Shown here: piece after piece, positions 18,621-28,538 of the stretch
Layout of the letters: the number at the start of each line of letters is the position of its first letter
Numbering within the stretch: position 1 is the stretch's first letter
NCBI GenBank assembly: GCA_016124275.1
Contig: WGOA01000045.1
Location: forward strand, 35,055-99,054
Direction: 5' to 3'
Source of the DNA: Bacteroidota bacterium
GTDB lineage: Bacteria > Bacteroidota > Bacteroidia > Chitinophagales > BACL12
Length of the DNA stretch: 64,000 nucleotides
Notes under the pieces: generated by a model
What the model saw: the letters and a program-made list of their open reading frames with translations, nothing else
Databases searched by the model: none
What the model was told of the DNA's origin: nothing
Program-made: the position numbers and the translations under genes

Positions 18621-19727
18621 TTGGCTTTTGGAATCAACAAAAGGCGGCTGAAAAAAGCTGCGCATCGGCTAAGGCACTTGCCTGGCGGCCTTGATTTTTT
18701 CCGATACTCCGGCAACAAAGTTCACGCGGCGTGGCTGCGGACCCGCAAGAGCACCCGGGTTGCCCATCCTTCTTCCATCATGTTGGAAGTGACCAACCAC
18801 TGCAACCTGAAGTGCATTACCTGTCCGCGCGAGTACCAGTTTGGGGAGGACATGGCCAAGGGCTTCATGGACATCCGGCAACTGCGCAAAGTGGTGGATG
18901 AAGTGTACCCGTACATTGACTCCATCGGTTTAACCGGTTTGGGCGAAACGCTGATGTACAAGCAGCTGGAGGAGGCGGTAGATTACATTCGCGCTAAAAG
19001 CGATGGCATTATTCTCTTTATCTCCATCAACGCCCACTTGCCCAAATGCGTGGAGATTGCCAGCCGTTTGGCCGATAAACTCGATACCATACAAATTAGT
19101 ATGGATGGGGTCGGTGATGTCTATGAGCAGGTGCGCCTGCGGAGCAATTACAACACCTTTTTTGAGAATACGCGAGCCATTACTGCCGCCGCGAAAGGCA
19201 AGCGGGCAGAGGTGATGTTTAATTTTGTGGCCGTTAAGGAAAACTACCACACGCTGGCAGAGGTTGTAGAGGCGGCCCACCAGTTAGGCGTGGGCTATGT
19301 CAACGTAACGCCTTTCAATGTGGCATCTGTTACGGCACACGATGTTTCGTATTACGACTTCTTTCAAACCGAAGCGTTCAAAAACGAAATCATCCGGGCC
19401 AAAGCCATGGCTGATCGCGTTGGTGATGTCATCCTGTCCATATGGGACTTCAAGAGTCCTGCAGGTTTCCAGAAATGCCACCTTCCCTGGTCGCACTTTT
19501 ACATCTCCTGGGACGGTTACATGACCCCTTGTTGTGCCAAACCTTTTCCCAAGGAATTAAACTTTGGGAACGTCTTTGAAGAGGGGCTCATGACCTGCTT
19601 GAACAAGCCCGGGTACCAACAATTTCGCCAACTCTGGTACACGAACGAAACCCCTGAATTTTGTCAGAAATGCCACATGGTTGATATGGCACCCATCCCG
19701 CTAGACGTGGATTTGCCGATCAATTGA
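18621..19727 (+). CDS. radical SAM enzyme with C-terminal SPASM/twitch Cys cluster
   Basis: 'EVTNHCNLKCITCPRE' is the CxxxCxxC radical-SAM cluster. C-terminal 'CHLPW..ISWDGYMTPCC....FGNV......C..C' is SPASM-like. The substrate is unknown. Confidence 0.75.
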   Translation: MAFGINKRRLKKAAHRLRHLPGGLDFFRYSGNKVHAAWLRTRKSTRVAHPSSIMLEVTNHCNLKCITCPREYQFGEDMAKGFMDIRQLRKVVDEVYPYIDSIGLTGLGETLMYKQLEEAVDYIRAKSDGIILFISINAHLPKCVEIASRLADKLDTIQISMDGVGDVYEQVRLRSNYNTFFENTRAITAAAKGKRAEVMFNFVAVKENYHTLAEVVEAAHQLGVGYVNVTPFNVASVTAHDVSYYDFFQTEAFKNEIIRAKAMADRVGDVILSIWDFKSPAGFQKCHLPWSHFYISWDGYMTPCCAKPFPKELNFGNVFEEGLMTCLNKPGYQQFRQLWYTNETPEFCQKCHMVDMAPIPLDVDLPIN

Positions 19728-21039
19728 TCTTGGCATAGTCCTGCTTTGGTTCGGCAGGAGCCTCTTCGGATTCAGGATAGGGAATGGCATCCAGCGCTTT
19801 GGACCACTTGGCCACCAGCGCTTCAAACACCGGGCGGTGCTTTTCATTGATGGGGAAGGATGCCGGAATCTTTTCAAGGAAGGGATCAACCTGCTGCCCG
19901 TTTTTCCAGAAACGGTAACACAGGTGGGGTCCGGTTGCGAGTCCTGTGCTGCCCACATAGCCGATCACTTCGCCCTGCTTGACAGCGCGGCCATTTTTCA
20001 TGCCCGGTGCGAAGCGACTCATGTGCAGGTACTGGGTAGAATAGGTATCGTTGTGTTTGATTTTGACGTAATTGCCGTTGCCGCTGTTGTAGCCGGCAGC
20101 AATGACCAGGCCATCCCCCGTTGCGTGAATAGGTGTACCCTCAGGCGCTGCGTAGTCTGTTCCCAGGTGCGCTTTGTAGCGCTTTTGAACCGGGTGAAAG
20201 CGCTTAAGCGAATAGCGCGACGAAATGCGGGTATAGTTCAGCGGAGCCTGGAGGAAAGCGCGTTTCAGGCTTTTTCCTTCAGCATCAAAGTAGCCGGTTT
20301 CTCCTTCCTGGTCAAAGCGAAAGGCTTCAAACTCTTTGCCGCGGTAGTTAAAGGAAGAGGCAAAAATGCTGTCCACGCCAACGGATTCGCCGTCCACAAA
20401 ACGCTCTCCGTAAATCACTTTGAACTTGTCGCCATCCTGAATCTTGTAAAAGTCAATGGACCATGCGTACAAATCGGCCAGCCGAACCGCCAACTCAGCG
20501 CTGGCGCCGCCGTCCAACAGGCTTTGATAAAGAGAACTGGTGATGATACCTGCTACTTCGCGCACCTTGCGCTCCACGGGTTTGCTAGCGCGGTAGCCAC
20601 TGACGGAATCCCCGTCAAATGTATAAACTACGTATTCAATCTTGTTCTCTTCGTACACAAAGTATCGCGCGCTGGAGTCTGGTCCGAGCAGCACAGTATA
20701 GGGATTGCCCGCACGCATGCGACGGAAGTCGAACAACTCGATGTCTTTGGCCATCCGATCAATGAGCGTGTAGGCCACCTGATGCGGCAGGAGGATGTCA
20801 GCAAGGAACTGATTGCTTCCCACTTGCCCTTCAACCAAAACAAAAGAGTCAATGGGCAAGCCGTAGCGAATCTCGCAAGGCTTCTCTGACGCGGCTGTGC
20901 TTTCCTCTGCTTTAGCATCGGAGCGGCCGAACTGGCAACCGGACAAGAACAGCACACCCAGGGTCAGGGTGGTGCAGAACAGCGCTGATGATGCTTTGGA
21001 AACAAAACCAGGAAAGGTGAGGCGTGTGAGTAACGACAT
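19720..21039 (-). CDS. M23 family peptidoglycan DD-metalloendopeptidase
   Basis: 'HLGTDYAAPEGTPIHATGDGLV...GNGNYVKIKHNDTYSTQYLHMS...GYVGSTGLATGPHLCYRF' gives the HxxxD and HxH motifs of LytM/M23. Confidence 0.85.
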   Translation of the reverse strand: MSLLTRLTFPGFVSKASSALFCTTLTLGVLFLSGCQFGRSDAKAEESTAASEKPCEIRYGLPIDSFVLVEGQVGSNQFLADILLPHQVAYTLIDRMAKDIELFDFRRMRAGNPYTVLLGPDSSARYFVYEENKIEYVVYTFDGDSVSGYRASKPVERKVREVAGIITSSLYQSLLDGGASAELAVRLADLYAWSIDFYKIQDGDKFKVIYGERFVDGESVGVDSIFASSFNYRGKEFEAFRFDQEGETGYFDAEGKSLKRAFLQAPLNYTRISSRYSLKRFHPVQKRYKAHLGTDYAAPEGTPIHATGDGLVIAAGYNSGNGNYVKIKHNDTYSTQYLHMSRFAPGMKNGRAVKQGEVIGYVGSTGLATGPHLCYRFWKNGQQVDPFLEKIPASFPINEKHRPVFEALVAKWSKALDAIPYPESEEAPAEPKQDYAKIN

Positions 21040-21218
21040 AAGGCTATATAACTCCTTGATCTAATGAGTAAAACGCGTTGCAAGAATAGCAACAACTCCC
21101 CCCTATATCCAAGCTCTTACGCAATATTTAATCCACAAGATTCAACAAGGGTTGTCGTTAATGCCGGAAGCGTTGTCTATTTATTAGGACGACTCCTTGC
21201 CGCCCGGCTGTTTTACAT

Positions 21219-22136
21219 TTGCCAACCATGGCACGGAATGGCATTTTAGGGTTGTTGTTGGTCTTGACATGCTTGTCTGCGAAAGCTGGCAGCGGATGGA
21301 CCTTAAATCGCGGCGAAGCTTGGTTTGAAGGATCTGTTTCTTCTATCAGCTATTCGGAGCTCTGGCAACAGAGCAGCCCATTTCTGCAACTCCAGCGGCC
21401 AGTAACGGATTTTGGAATCCGTCTTTACGCCGAGTACGGGCTGTTGGATAACGTGACGCTGATCGGGCAATTGCCCTACCGTATGGTCAGTACCGGGGGA
21501 GAACCGCAAGGGTCAGCAGATTTTTCGGATACGCTTCCAGTGGGCAACTTGAATTACCTGGGCAATTACCGGCTCGGGGCCCGTTACCAGGTGTTTAACA
21601 GGAGCCAGACCGTCGTGAGCCTGCAGGGCATTGTGGAGTCTAACAACAGCGATTTGAACCAGATAACCGGGTTGCAAACCGGTTTTGATGCCTGGTCGGT
21701 GGAACTGCTCGTTGCCTTTGGCAAGAGTTTTCCGCGAAGCTACCTGGCTGGGCATGGCGGCATGGCCATTCGAACTAACCAATACAGCGAAGAATTTCTG
21801 GGGCAGTTGGAGTACGGCGTAAACCTGACAGGCGGTTGGTGGCTCATGGCAGTGGCCGATTACCGGCTCAGTTTTAGAAACGGCGATAGGGTGCCTTGCA
21901 ATACGCGGCACACGGGATTGTACGTCAACAACCAGGAGGCCTTAAGTTACGGGTTGAAAACCCTGGTGCCCATAACGGGAAACATTGGGCTGAGCGCGGG
22001 CCTTTACGGGGCCTTGATGGCCGACAACCTGCCTGCTGCCTTCTCTTTTAATGGAGGGGTGTATTGGAATCCTCAGTTTCGCCGCTCCGGGCAGGTCCAG
22101 CAACCTGTTCCGTCCAGCGCTCGTGCAAGGCTATGA
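21219..22136 (+). CDS. hypothetical outer-membrane beta-barrel protein
   Basis: Signal peptide (MARNGILGLLLVLTCLSAKA) followed by a regular amphipathic beta-strand pattern. An OMP-like terminal motif 'GGVYWNPQF' is followed by an 18-aa tail that overlaps the 3' end of coaE. No family was recognised. Confidence 0.45.
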   Translation: MPTMARNGILGLLLVLTCLSAKAGSGWTLNRGEAWFEGSVSSISYSELWQQSSPFLQLQRPVTDFGIRLYAEYGLLDNVTLIGQLPYRMVSTGGEPQGSADFSDTLPVGNLNYLGNYRLGARYQVFNRSQTVVSLQGIVESNNSDLNQITGLQTGFDAWSVELLVAFGKSFPRSYLAGHGGMAIRTNQYSEEFLGQLEYGVNLTGGWWLMAVADYRLSFRNGDRVPCNTRHTGLYVNNQEALSYGLKTLVPITGNIGLSAGLYGALMADNLPAAFSFNGGVYWNPQFRRSGQVQQPVPSSARARL

Positions 22137-22689
22137 CCTGCGGGATCAGCAAATGCTCACCGTCGTTCAGAATCACATGCTGAGAGAGAGCCCGCTTTTG
22201 TTCATCAGACCATTGCCGTTCCATCCGGGCGCGAACATCGGCTTCCGTGAGCCCATCTCTGGTCATCGCGCGCTGAAGCCTTAGGGCCTCCGGCGCCCAA
22301 ACTATAACCACTTCGTTCACTAATTTATACGATCCGCTCTCGAAAAGAAGAGCCGCTTCGCGGAGGGTATAGGGAAACTCCCGGTGGCGTTCCATCCAGT
22401 GTGCAGTATCGCGGAACACGGCGGGATGTACGAGTTGGTTCAGCCGGGTCAGCGCTTCCGGATTGTGGAACACCCGGTCTGCCAGCACCGACCGCCGCAA
22501 ATGGCCGTCCCCGTCATAGATGTCTGCTCCAAAGGCAGATTTGAGTTGGTCCACCAATGCAGGGTCATCGGTCATGATCTGTTTGGCCCGGTCATCCGCG
22601 TAGTAAACAGGCGTACCCATGGTTTCAAACAATCGGCAAACCGTTGTTTTTCCACTTCCAATACCTCCGGTTATGCCAATGCTAATCAT
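22048..22689 (-). CDS. coaE: dephospho-CoA kinase
   Basis: MISIGITGGIGSGKTTVCRLF... is the canonical CoaE P-loop N-terminus. I set the start at 22689, which overlaps the upstream stop by 8 nt (ATGATTAG). Confidence 0.9.
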   Translation of the reverse strand: MISIGITGGIGSGKTTVCRLFETMGTPVYYADDRAKQIMTDDPALVDQLKSAFGADIYDGDGHLRRSVLADRVFHNPEALTRLNQLVHPAVFRDTAHWMERHREFPYTLREAALLFESGSYKLVNEVVIVWAPEALRLQRAMTRDGLTEADVRARMERQWSDEQKRALSQHVILNDGEHLLIPQVIALHERWTEQVAGPARSGETEDSNTPLH

Positions 22690-23605
22690 GTTTGCGCACA
22701 ATGAGTTCAACGCTGCGGGGGTGCCAATGCAATTGTTTTAATCCTTCCGGGTGGCGAACCATCCGAACGTCCACTAAGTGCCCATTGCTGTCGGCTTGAT
22801 TGGTCAAATCCACATCGAGCCTGAAGTCTTCCTTGCGAATGGATTCGTAGCGGGCCATCGGCACCTGAAAACTGACCTCCACCTGATTGGGAATAAGCGA
22901 AATGCCCGATTCCGGTACAGCGGTCAATGGGATGGTCAGCGACATCTCTGTAAATCGATCAACCGGTATTTTATAGGCTACCGCTGCGGGGTCTACGCTG
23001 ATGTTCAACCTGTTGCTCTGCTGGACGCGAACCTGGCCCATAAGGGTCTGCTTTACCATGCTTTGGACGATTTTTTCTGTGGGCCAAAAGAACATGTTTG
23101 CTACGCGGCTGGCTGGTCCGGAAATCCAAACAGAATCGGGTGCAAGGACAGCCTCCTCGGTGGGGCCGCAATTTGGCGCAAAATCGAGTTGGGCCTGCAA
23201 CACCAGGGGGACCCTTTTTACCGCACCTGGTTCGGTTTCCAGGAGGATGGAATCCGGTTGAATGGAAAGCAGCTTCAATCCACGGGGCAACCCCGCGCCA
23301 AAAACCGGTAAGTAGTACTGCGTCAGCACCAGCTTCCGGGTTCCGAACGTGTTAAGGTCCAGGCGAAGGGTTCGTGTCTGAAACGACTCAAACAACAACT
23401 TCCAGCCTGTTGCCTGAACCTGCAAAACGGCGCGCTCAGGCAAGCGGTTAACAACCACGTTGTCTTTGGACGAATTGGTCCAGGTCAGGTTAACCGGAAT
23501 ACCAGTATCGTACGATTTGGAGAGGGCATTGAGGAGCCAAAGAACGGCTGCCAGAGCAATGCTGAGCAGCACACCAATGGTCCTGGAGCTCCCCAAAGCG
23601 CTCAT
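22682..23605 (-). CDS. YbbR-like domain-containing protein
   Basis: 307 aa with an N-terminal TM segment and repetitive beta-rich modules. It occupies the position between yajC and coaE that YbbR-like proteins hold in the conserved Bacteroidota block. The call rests partly on synteny. Confidence 0.55.
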   Translation of the reverse strand: MSALGSSRTIGVLLSIALAAVLWLLNALSKSYDTGIPVNLTWTNSSKDNVVVNRLPERAVLQVQATGWKLLFESFQTRTLRLDLNTFGTRKLVLTQYYLPVFGAGLPRGLKLLSIQPDSILLETEPGAVKRVPLVLQAQLDFAPNCGPTEEAVLAPDSVWISGPASRVANMFFWPTEKIVQSMVKQTLMGQVRVQQSNRLNISVDPAAVAYKIPVDRFTEMSLTIPLTAVPESGISLIPNQVEVSFQVPMARYESIRKEDFRLDVDLTNQADSNGHLVDVRMVRHPEGLKQLHWHPRSVELIVRKHD

Positions 23606-23931
23606 GTTGCGCTCTCTTCGCCCAGGGCTTTGGTGAATTCTACAGAAACCATGCTCCGCTCAATGCGGATTTTGATGTTTTTATCCACCTCCACCAACAG
23701 TGTTTTATCGTCCATCTGGACCACTCTGCCGTGGATTCCGCCGCTGGTTACGACGCGCTGGCCCTTTTCAATGCTGTCAATAAACGACCGCTGTTCCTTG
23801 GCTTTTTTAGCCTGCGGGCGAATCATAAAGAAATAGAGGATAAACACGAACATCGCCAGAAAAATCAGGGATGTCGGTCCGCCGCCGGAGCTGCTGCTCG
23901 AAGTAGTTAAAAGGACAAAAGCGAGCGTCAT
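23602..23931 (-). CDS. yajC: preprotein translocase subunit YajC
   Basis: 'ILYFFMIRPQAKKAKEQRSFIDSIEKGQRVVTSGGIHGRVVQMDD' is the YajC signature. The start is set at the internal Met 23931 to avoid overlap with the upstream gene. The stop overlaps the ybbR-like ATG (ATGA). Confidence 0.85.
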   Translation of the reverse strand: MTLAFVLLTTSSSSSGGGPTSLIFLAMFVFILYFFMIRPQAKKAKEQRSFIDSIEKGQRVVTSGGIHGRVVQMDDKTLLVEVDKNIKIRIERSMVSVEFTKALGEESAT

Positions 23932-23944
23932 GCGATAGGACTTT

Positions 23945-24466
23945 TTATTCTTCGGGAACAATCACGTTGCCGGAGATGTAGAGCAAATTGGTGTTGGGAA
24001 CGGTGTTGGCGGTAATGGTTACCGTCTTGTCAAACTTGTCTCTGCGGCCGTTTGAGTCATAGGTTACCTTGAGGAAGCCACTTTCGCCTGCGGGAATGGG
24101 CTCTTTTGGCCATTCAGGTACGGTGCAGCCGCAAGATCCCTTTGCGGAGGTAATCACCAACGGGGTCTTGCCTGTATTGGTGAATTTGAAGGAATACTCA
24201 ACGATTTCACCCTGGATAATGGCGCCAAAGTCCCACTTATCCCGCTCAAAGGTCATAACCGGAACCGTGGCTTGGTCCAGCACAGCATCGGGTTTGGATT
24301 CAGCCGATTTTGGATTGTTGATCATTTCTCCGCTCAAGGCAGGATCAGCATTTGCTCCGTTGGTAGAATCCTCCGAATCGGCACAGCTGCTCATAGCGAC
24401 AAGCGCAAAGGACAGGGGGACCAGAACGGTCAAAATCAGCTTGGAACGTAAAAAGGTGGCTTTCAT
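23945..24466 (-). CDS. DUF1573 domain-containing lipoprotein
   Basis: Signal peptide plus lipobox (LVAMSSC). 'FERDKWDFGAIIQGEIVEYSFKFTNTGKTPLVITSAKGSCGCTVPEWPKEPI' is the DUF1573 core including the CGCT motif. Confidence 0.85.
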   Translation of the reverse strand: MKATFLRSKLILTVLVPLSFALVAMSSCADSEDSTNGANADPALSGEMINNPKSAESKPDAVLDQATVPVMTFERDKWDFGAIIQGEIVEYSFKFTNTGKTPLVITSAKGSCGCTVPEWPKEPIPAGESGFLKVTYDSNGRRDKFDKTVTITANTVPNTNLLYISGNVIVPEE

Positions 24467-24515
24467 GGAGAGCAAATTTAACCCCGTAAAGATAAGGGCT
24501 GTTGAACAACCGAAA

Positions 24516-25475
24516 TCATTCCACTAACCCTCTTCCGCGCTTGCGGATGCGGCCTTCATCCCGGAGCGTTTTCATCAAGTTGTCTAAAACACCGTTGATG
24601 AAATCTTTAGAACGGGGAGTTGAATATATTTTAGATATATCAATATATTCATTAATACTGACTTTGATCGGGATGGTTTCGCAGTAGAGCAGTTCGGTCA
24701 GGGCCATTCGAATCAGGATGCGGTCCATAAGCGAAACCCGCTCCATCTCCCAGTTTTCCAACCGGGGAGCAACCAGTTTTTCTAACTCTTCTTCTTTTTC
24801 TAACCCCAATCGAAGCAGTTCGCAGACAAAATCGCGGCTTTCATTGGGCAACTCAAGCATGTCGTCCAGCCAGCCGCCAGGCTGGCCGGGTTTCCAGGCT
24901 TTGAGGGTGTTGAGCACTCGGGGAATGACAATGTCCACATCTTCGTCCCAGGTAGGGAAGCTGTCTTCAAAGTGTTGGTCCAGGTCTTCGGAAGGCCAAA
25001 CCACTTCCTCAAAAAGTTGAATGGCTATGGCGCGATCAGCCTCCGTATCGCTAAACTCGGATCGCGCGTAGGTTTCGTATTCGGGCAGTGCTTTAAGGCT
25101 GTTGTAGGCCAAACGCACCAGTTCCTCATCCAACAGGAAGCGAAGCTTTTCCCGATCGATGATCTTGCGAAAATGATCATCGGCGCGCAGGGCAACGGCA
25201 ATGGCATTCTGGTAAAAGCGCCGGGTAAACGATAAGTCCTTCTCGGTCGGCAGGTATTTAGCTGCGCGCATGACCGCTTCGCGTTCAACGCTGTCGGCCA
25301 CTTCAACCAAAAACAAAAAGTGGTATAAATAAGAACGCCCGGTATCCCGGATGCTCGCCATTAGCTTCTTTTTGAGGGCAGCATAATCCCGGCTGCCCTC
25401 TTGGTTGTGGGCAAACAGGATTTGCATGACTTTGACGCGCAAACTGCGACGGCTCAGCAGCGGTTGGTTGTTCAC
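24516..25475 (-). CDS. nusB: transcription antitermination factor NusB (long Bacteroidota form)
   Basis: N-terminal 'LLSRRSLRVKVMQILFA' and C-terminal 'RMALTELLYC..IPIKVSINEYIDISKIYSTPRSKDFINGVLD' are NusB motifs. The GTG start at 25475 overlaps the ldh stop (GTGA). Confidence 0.85.
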   Translation of the reverse strand: MNNQPLLSRRSLRVKVMQILFAHNQEGSRDYAALKKKLMASIRDTGRSYLYHFLFLVEVADSVEREAVMRAAKYLPTEKDLSFTRRFYQNAIAVALRADDHFRKIIDREKLRFLLDEELVRLAYNSLKALPEYETYARSEFSDTEADRAIAIQLFEEVVWPSEDLDQHFEDSFPTWDEDVDIVIPRVLNTLKAWKPGQPGGWLDDMLELPNESRDFVCELLRLGLEKEEELEKLVAPRLENWEMERVSLMDRILIRMALTELLYCETIPIKVSINEYIDISKIYSTPRSKDFINGVLDNLMKTLRDEGRIRKRGRGLVE

Positions 25476-26593
25476 AGGCGGCTTTTCAAAATAGCCACTG
25501 CTTCCAACCGGGAAGCAGCTGCGCGGAGGGCAGCTTCGTGTGTGGTGATGCCCTGGTTATTGGCGGTCTTTAGGATTTCCAACGTGCGGGAGTAAATGAC
25601 TTCCGTCATTTCCAGGGCATGTTGCTGGTGGTAATTGCCCAGGTATTCCGCGTAGCAATTAATCAGGCCCCCGGCATTGATGAGGAAGTCCGGGCAATAG
25701 ACAATGCCTTTTTCCCGGAGCATTTCGCCGTGCCGGCTTTCATCTTCCAATTGGTTGTTGGCTGCCCCGGCCACGATGGAGCAATGCAGCCGATCAATGG
25801 TGCGGTCATTCAGCGTGGCGCCAAGCGCACAGGGCGAATAAACATCAATGTCAAGATCAAAAAGCGCGTCAGTGGTGGTTGGTCGTGCACCGTAACTGAG
25901 GCAAGCGTGTTCAACCCGGTCCTGGTGCAGGTCGGATACCCAAACCTCGGCTCCTTCCTGGCGCAGGCGCTTTACCAGATAAGTTCCTACGTTCCCTGCG
26001 CCCTCAACAGCCACCCTTCGACCTTTAGCATCATCGGTGCCAAAGACTTCCTTTAAACCGGCTTTTAGCCCGAGGTACACCCCATGAGCGGTGACCGGAG
26101 AAGGATCGCCGCCGCCTCCCATCCAGGAGGGCTTGCCGGCGACATGCCGGGTTTCCATGGCTACAAACTCCATGTCGGCGGTGCTGGTTCCCACGTCTTC
26201 TGCGGTGATGTATTTTCCTTTGAGGCTTTCTACAAATCGGCCATACCGACGCCAGAGCGCCTCAGATTTGAGTTGCCTCGGGTCTCCTATGATCACCGCC
26301 TTGCCCCCGCCGAGGTTAATGCCGCTGATGGCCGCTTTGTAGGTCATGCCGCGGGACAGGCGAATGACATCGCGAAGGGCAGCGGCCTCATCGGTGTAAT
26401 TCCAAAAGCGGGTGCCTCCCAATGCCGGTCCAAGCACGGTGTTGTGAATGCCGATTATGGCCTTTAAACCCGTGGCCTTGTCATGGCAAAAAAACAGGTT
26501 CTCATGATCCATCTGGCCCATCAGGCCAAAGATGCCGCCGCCAATTTCATGGGCATCAGCAGGAGCGACTGGGGCAAAGGGCGCTTGGGACAT
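25472..26593 (-). CDS. Glu/Leu/Phe/Val dehydrogenase family enzyme (leucine dehydrogenase-like)
   Basis: 'GPALGGTRFWNY....AL.D...LSRGMTYKAA..G.NLGGGKAVI' and the NAD-binding 'VAVEGAGNVG' match the Leu/Phe/Val dehydrogenase type. Confidence 0.85.
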   Translation of the reverse strand: MSQAPFAPVAPADAHEIGGGIFGLMGQMDHENLFFCHDKATGLKAIIGIHNTVLGPALGGTRFWNYTDEAAALRDVIRLSRGMTYKAAISGINLGGGKAVIIGDPRQLKSEALWRRYGRFVESLKGKYITAEDVGTSTADMEFVAMETRHVAGKPSWMGGGGDPSPVTAHGVYLGLKAGLKEVFGTDDAKGRRVAVEGAGNVGTYLVKRLRQEGAEVWVSDLHQDRVEHACLSYGARPTTTDALFDLDIDVYSPCALGATLNDRTIDRLHCSIVAGAANNQLEDESRHGEMLREKGIVYCPDFLINAGGLINCYAEYLGNYHQQHALEMTEVIYSRTLEILKTANNQGITTHEAALRAAASRLEAVAILKSRL

Positions 26594-26683
26594 CAGGTAA
26601 TTTGTTGACGTAAATTTTTGATTCTTAAGACGTTTTGCGTGCGGGATGCAAATTTATTGTTTTTTTTTGTCGCCTACTCTGTT

Positions 26684-28474
26684 TTGAAAGAACTCGCCTA
26701 CCTCAATCCCTACTTTTTTAAGTACCGCTACCATTTTATCGGTGGCATCTTTTTCGTAGCGGCATCCAACGTTTTTGCGGTGGTTTCGCCGCAGGTGGTG
26801 CGCCATGCCATCAACCTGGTTACCGAAAGCCGCGACTTGTATTTCAGCCTGGCCGGGACTGCCGCGCAGGCTGATATGCGCGAGCGCTTTGTGGGTATTC
26901 TGCTGCTGTTCGCCGGCGTTTACCTGGTCCTGGCGCTGATTCGCGGTGCGTTCATGTTTTTTATGCGGCAAACGCTGATCATTATGTCACGCCTCGTGGA
27001 GTACGACTTAAAAAACGAGCTCTACGAGCAGTACCAGCGGCTCGACCAGGGCTTTTATCGGCGCAACAATACCGGTGACCTTATGTCAAGGGTTGCCGAA
27101 GATGTTGGAAGGGTAAGAATGTATATCGGACCGGCACTGATGTATGCCATAAACCTGGTGGTTTTGTTCGTGCTGGTCATCTATACCATGGTGCGGATAA
27201 ACCCGACATTAACGTTATACGTATTGTTACCACTTCCAATATTATCACTCTCTATCTATTACGTCAACAACATCATCAACCGCCGCTCAGAGGCCATCCA
27301 GGCCCAGTTAAGCGAGTTAACCTCGCGTGCGCAGGAAGTCTTTTCGGGCATTCGGGTAGTTAAAGCGTATGCCCAGGAAGATCCGATGGCAAAACATTTT
27401 GACCAGGAATGCATCGAGTACCGCGAACGTTCTATGGGTCTGGCCCGCTTGGATGCAATTTTTCAGCCGTTGATGATGCTGCTCATTGGCCTGAGCACCA
27501 TCATTACTATTCTCATTGGAGGCCAGCAAGTTATTGCAGGAACGGTTACCCCTGGAAACGTCGCTGAATTTGTGATCTACGTGAACATGCTTACCTGGCC
27601 TGTGGCCTCCCTGGGTTGGGTGGCTTCAATCATTCAGCGGGCAGCCGCGTCGCAAAAGCGAATTAATGAATTTTTGGCCATAACTCCCGTTTTGGTTGAT
27701 GAGGGAAGGGAAGTTCCGGATTTTCACGGCGACATCGAATTCGACAACGTCAGCTTCACTTATCCGGACACCGGTATCCGGGCATTGCACAACCTGAATT
27801 TTCGCATTCCGGCAGGTCACCGGGTCGCACTTTTTGGCCGAACGGGATCCGGAAAATCCACCATTGCCGAATTGCTTGTTCGCATGTACGACCCGGACAG
27901 CGGGGTCATTCGCATTGATGGCGTGGACTTGCGGGATATTCCTTTGCGCGACCTGAGGCGTAATATTGGTTATGTTCCGCAAGATGTGTTCCTGTTTTCC
28001 GAATCGGTAGCGTATAACATCCAGTTTGGCACCATTGAAGCCGAGCGAAGCCTTGAAAGAGCGAAAGTGTTGGCGGGTTACGCGTCCATTGCAGAGGAAA
28101 TTGACCAATTCCCCCGAAAATTTGAAACCCGGATAGGCGAGCGTGGCGTGACGCTGAGCGGAGGACAAAAGCAGCGCATCTCCATTGCACGGGCTTTTTC
28201 AAAGAATGCGCCCATACTGCTGCTGGATGATTGTTTGAGTGCCGTGGATGCGGGCACGGAGAAACGCATTTTGGACAATCTGGAAGAATACCTCCAGGGA
28301 AAAACGGCCTTGATCATTACCCACAGGGTGTTCAGCCTTCTGGATCTGGACGAAATTCTGGTTTTGGACCAGGGCACGGTTGCAGAAAAGGGCAGCCATG
28401 ACGCGCTTTTGTCCGCGGGGGGACTCTACGCTGAACTCTACGAAAAGCAGAAACGGGAAGATCACGTGGCTTAG
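26684..28474 (+). CDS. ABC exporter, fused permease/ATPase (MsbA/MdlB-like)
   Basis: Six-TM exporter domain followed by Walker A 'GRTGSGKST', 'LSGGQKQRISIARA' and 'LLLDDCLSAVD'. I propose the in-frame TTG start at 26684 (MKELAYLNPYFFKY...). The track start at 26618 adds an implausible leader. Confidence 0.85.
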   Translation: MKELAYLNPYFFKYRYHFIGGIFFVAASNVFAVVSPQVVRHAINLVTESRDLYFSLAGTAAQADMRERFVGILLLFAGVYLVLALIRGAFMFFMRQTLIIMSRLVEYDLKNELYEQYQRLDQGFYRRNNTGDLMSRVAEDVGRVRMYIGPALMYAINLVVLFVLVIYTMVRINPTLTLYVLLPLPILSLSIYYVNNIINRRSEAIQAQLSELTSRAQEVFSGIRVVKAYAQEDPMAKHFDQECIEYRERSMGLARLDAIFQPLMMLLIGLSTIITILIGGQQVIAGTVTPGNVAEFVIYVNMLTWPVASLGWVASIIQRAAASQKRINEFLAITPVLVDEGREVPDFHGDIEFDNVSFTYPDTGIRALHNLNFRIPAGHRVALFGRTGSGKSTIAELLVRMYDPDSGVIRIDGVDLRDIPLRDLRRNIGYVPQDVFLFSESVAYNIQFGTIEAERSLERAKVLAGYASIAEEIDQFPRKFETRIGERGVTLSGGQKQRISIARAFSKNAPILLLDDCLSAVDAGTEKRILDNLEEYLQGKTALIITHRVFSLLDLDEILVLDQGTVAEKGSHDALLSAGGLYAELYEKQKREDHVA

Positions 28475-28538
28475 CGCCTCAGCCCTGGAATGCATCGCCA
28501 GCCTTTTGGTGGCGACCCCAAGTTCCCGCTTGCAATCT

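Noticed and set aside
19837-20889. 350-aa ORF on the plus strand, plus many other 200-310-aa ORFs: 28558..29262-, 35859..36485+, 36649..37272+, 37631..38272+, 41068..41766-, 44328..45041-, 49652..50317-, 50621..51259-, 52285..52968+, 56165..57097-, 58501..59121-, 59999..60763-.
   Set aside because: Each lies entirely antisense to a gene with clear family motifs. Their translations are low-complexity or Arg/Pro/Gly-rich with no recognisable motif. Long stop-free antisense frames are expected in a GC-rich genome with codon bias. I found no evidence of genuine overlapping genes.
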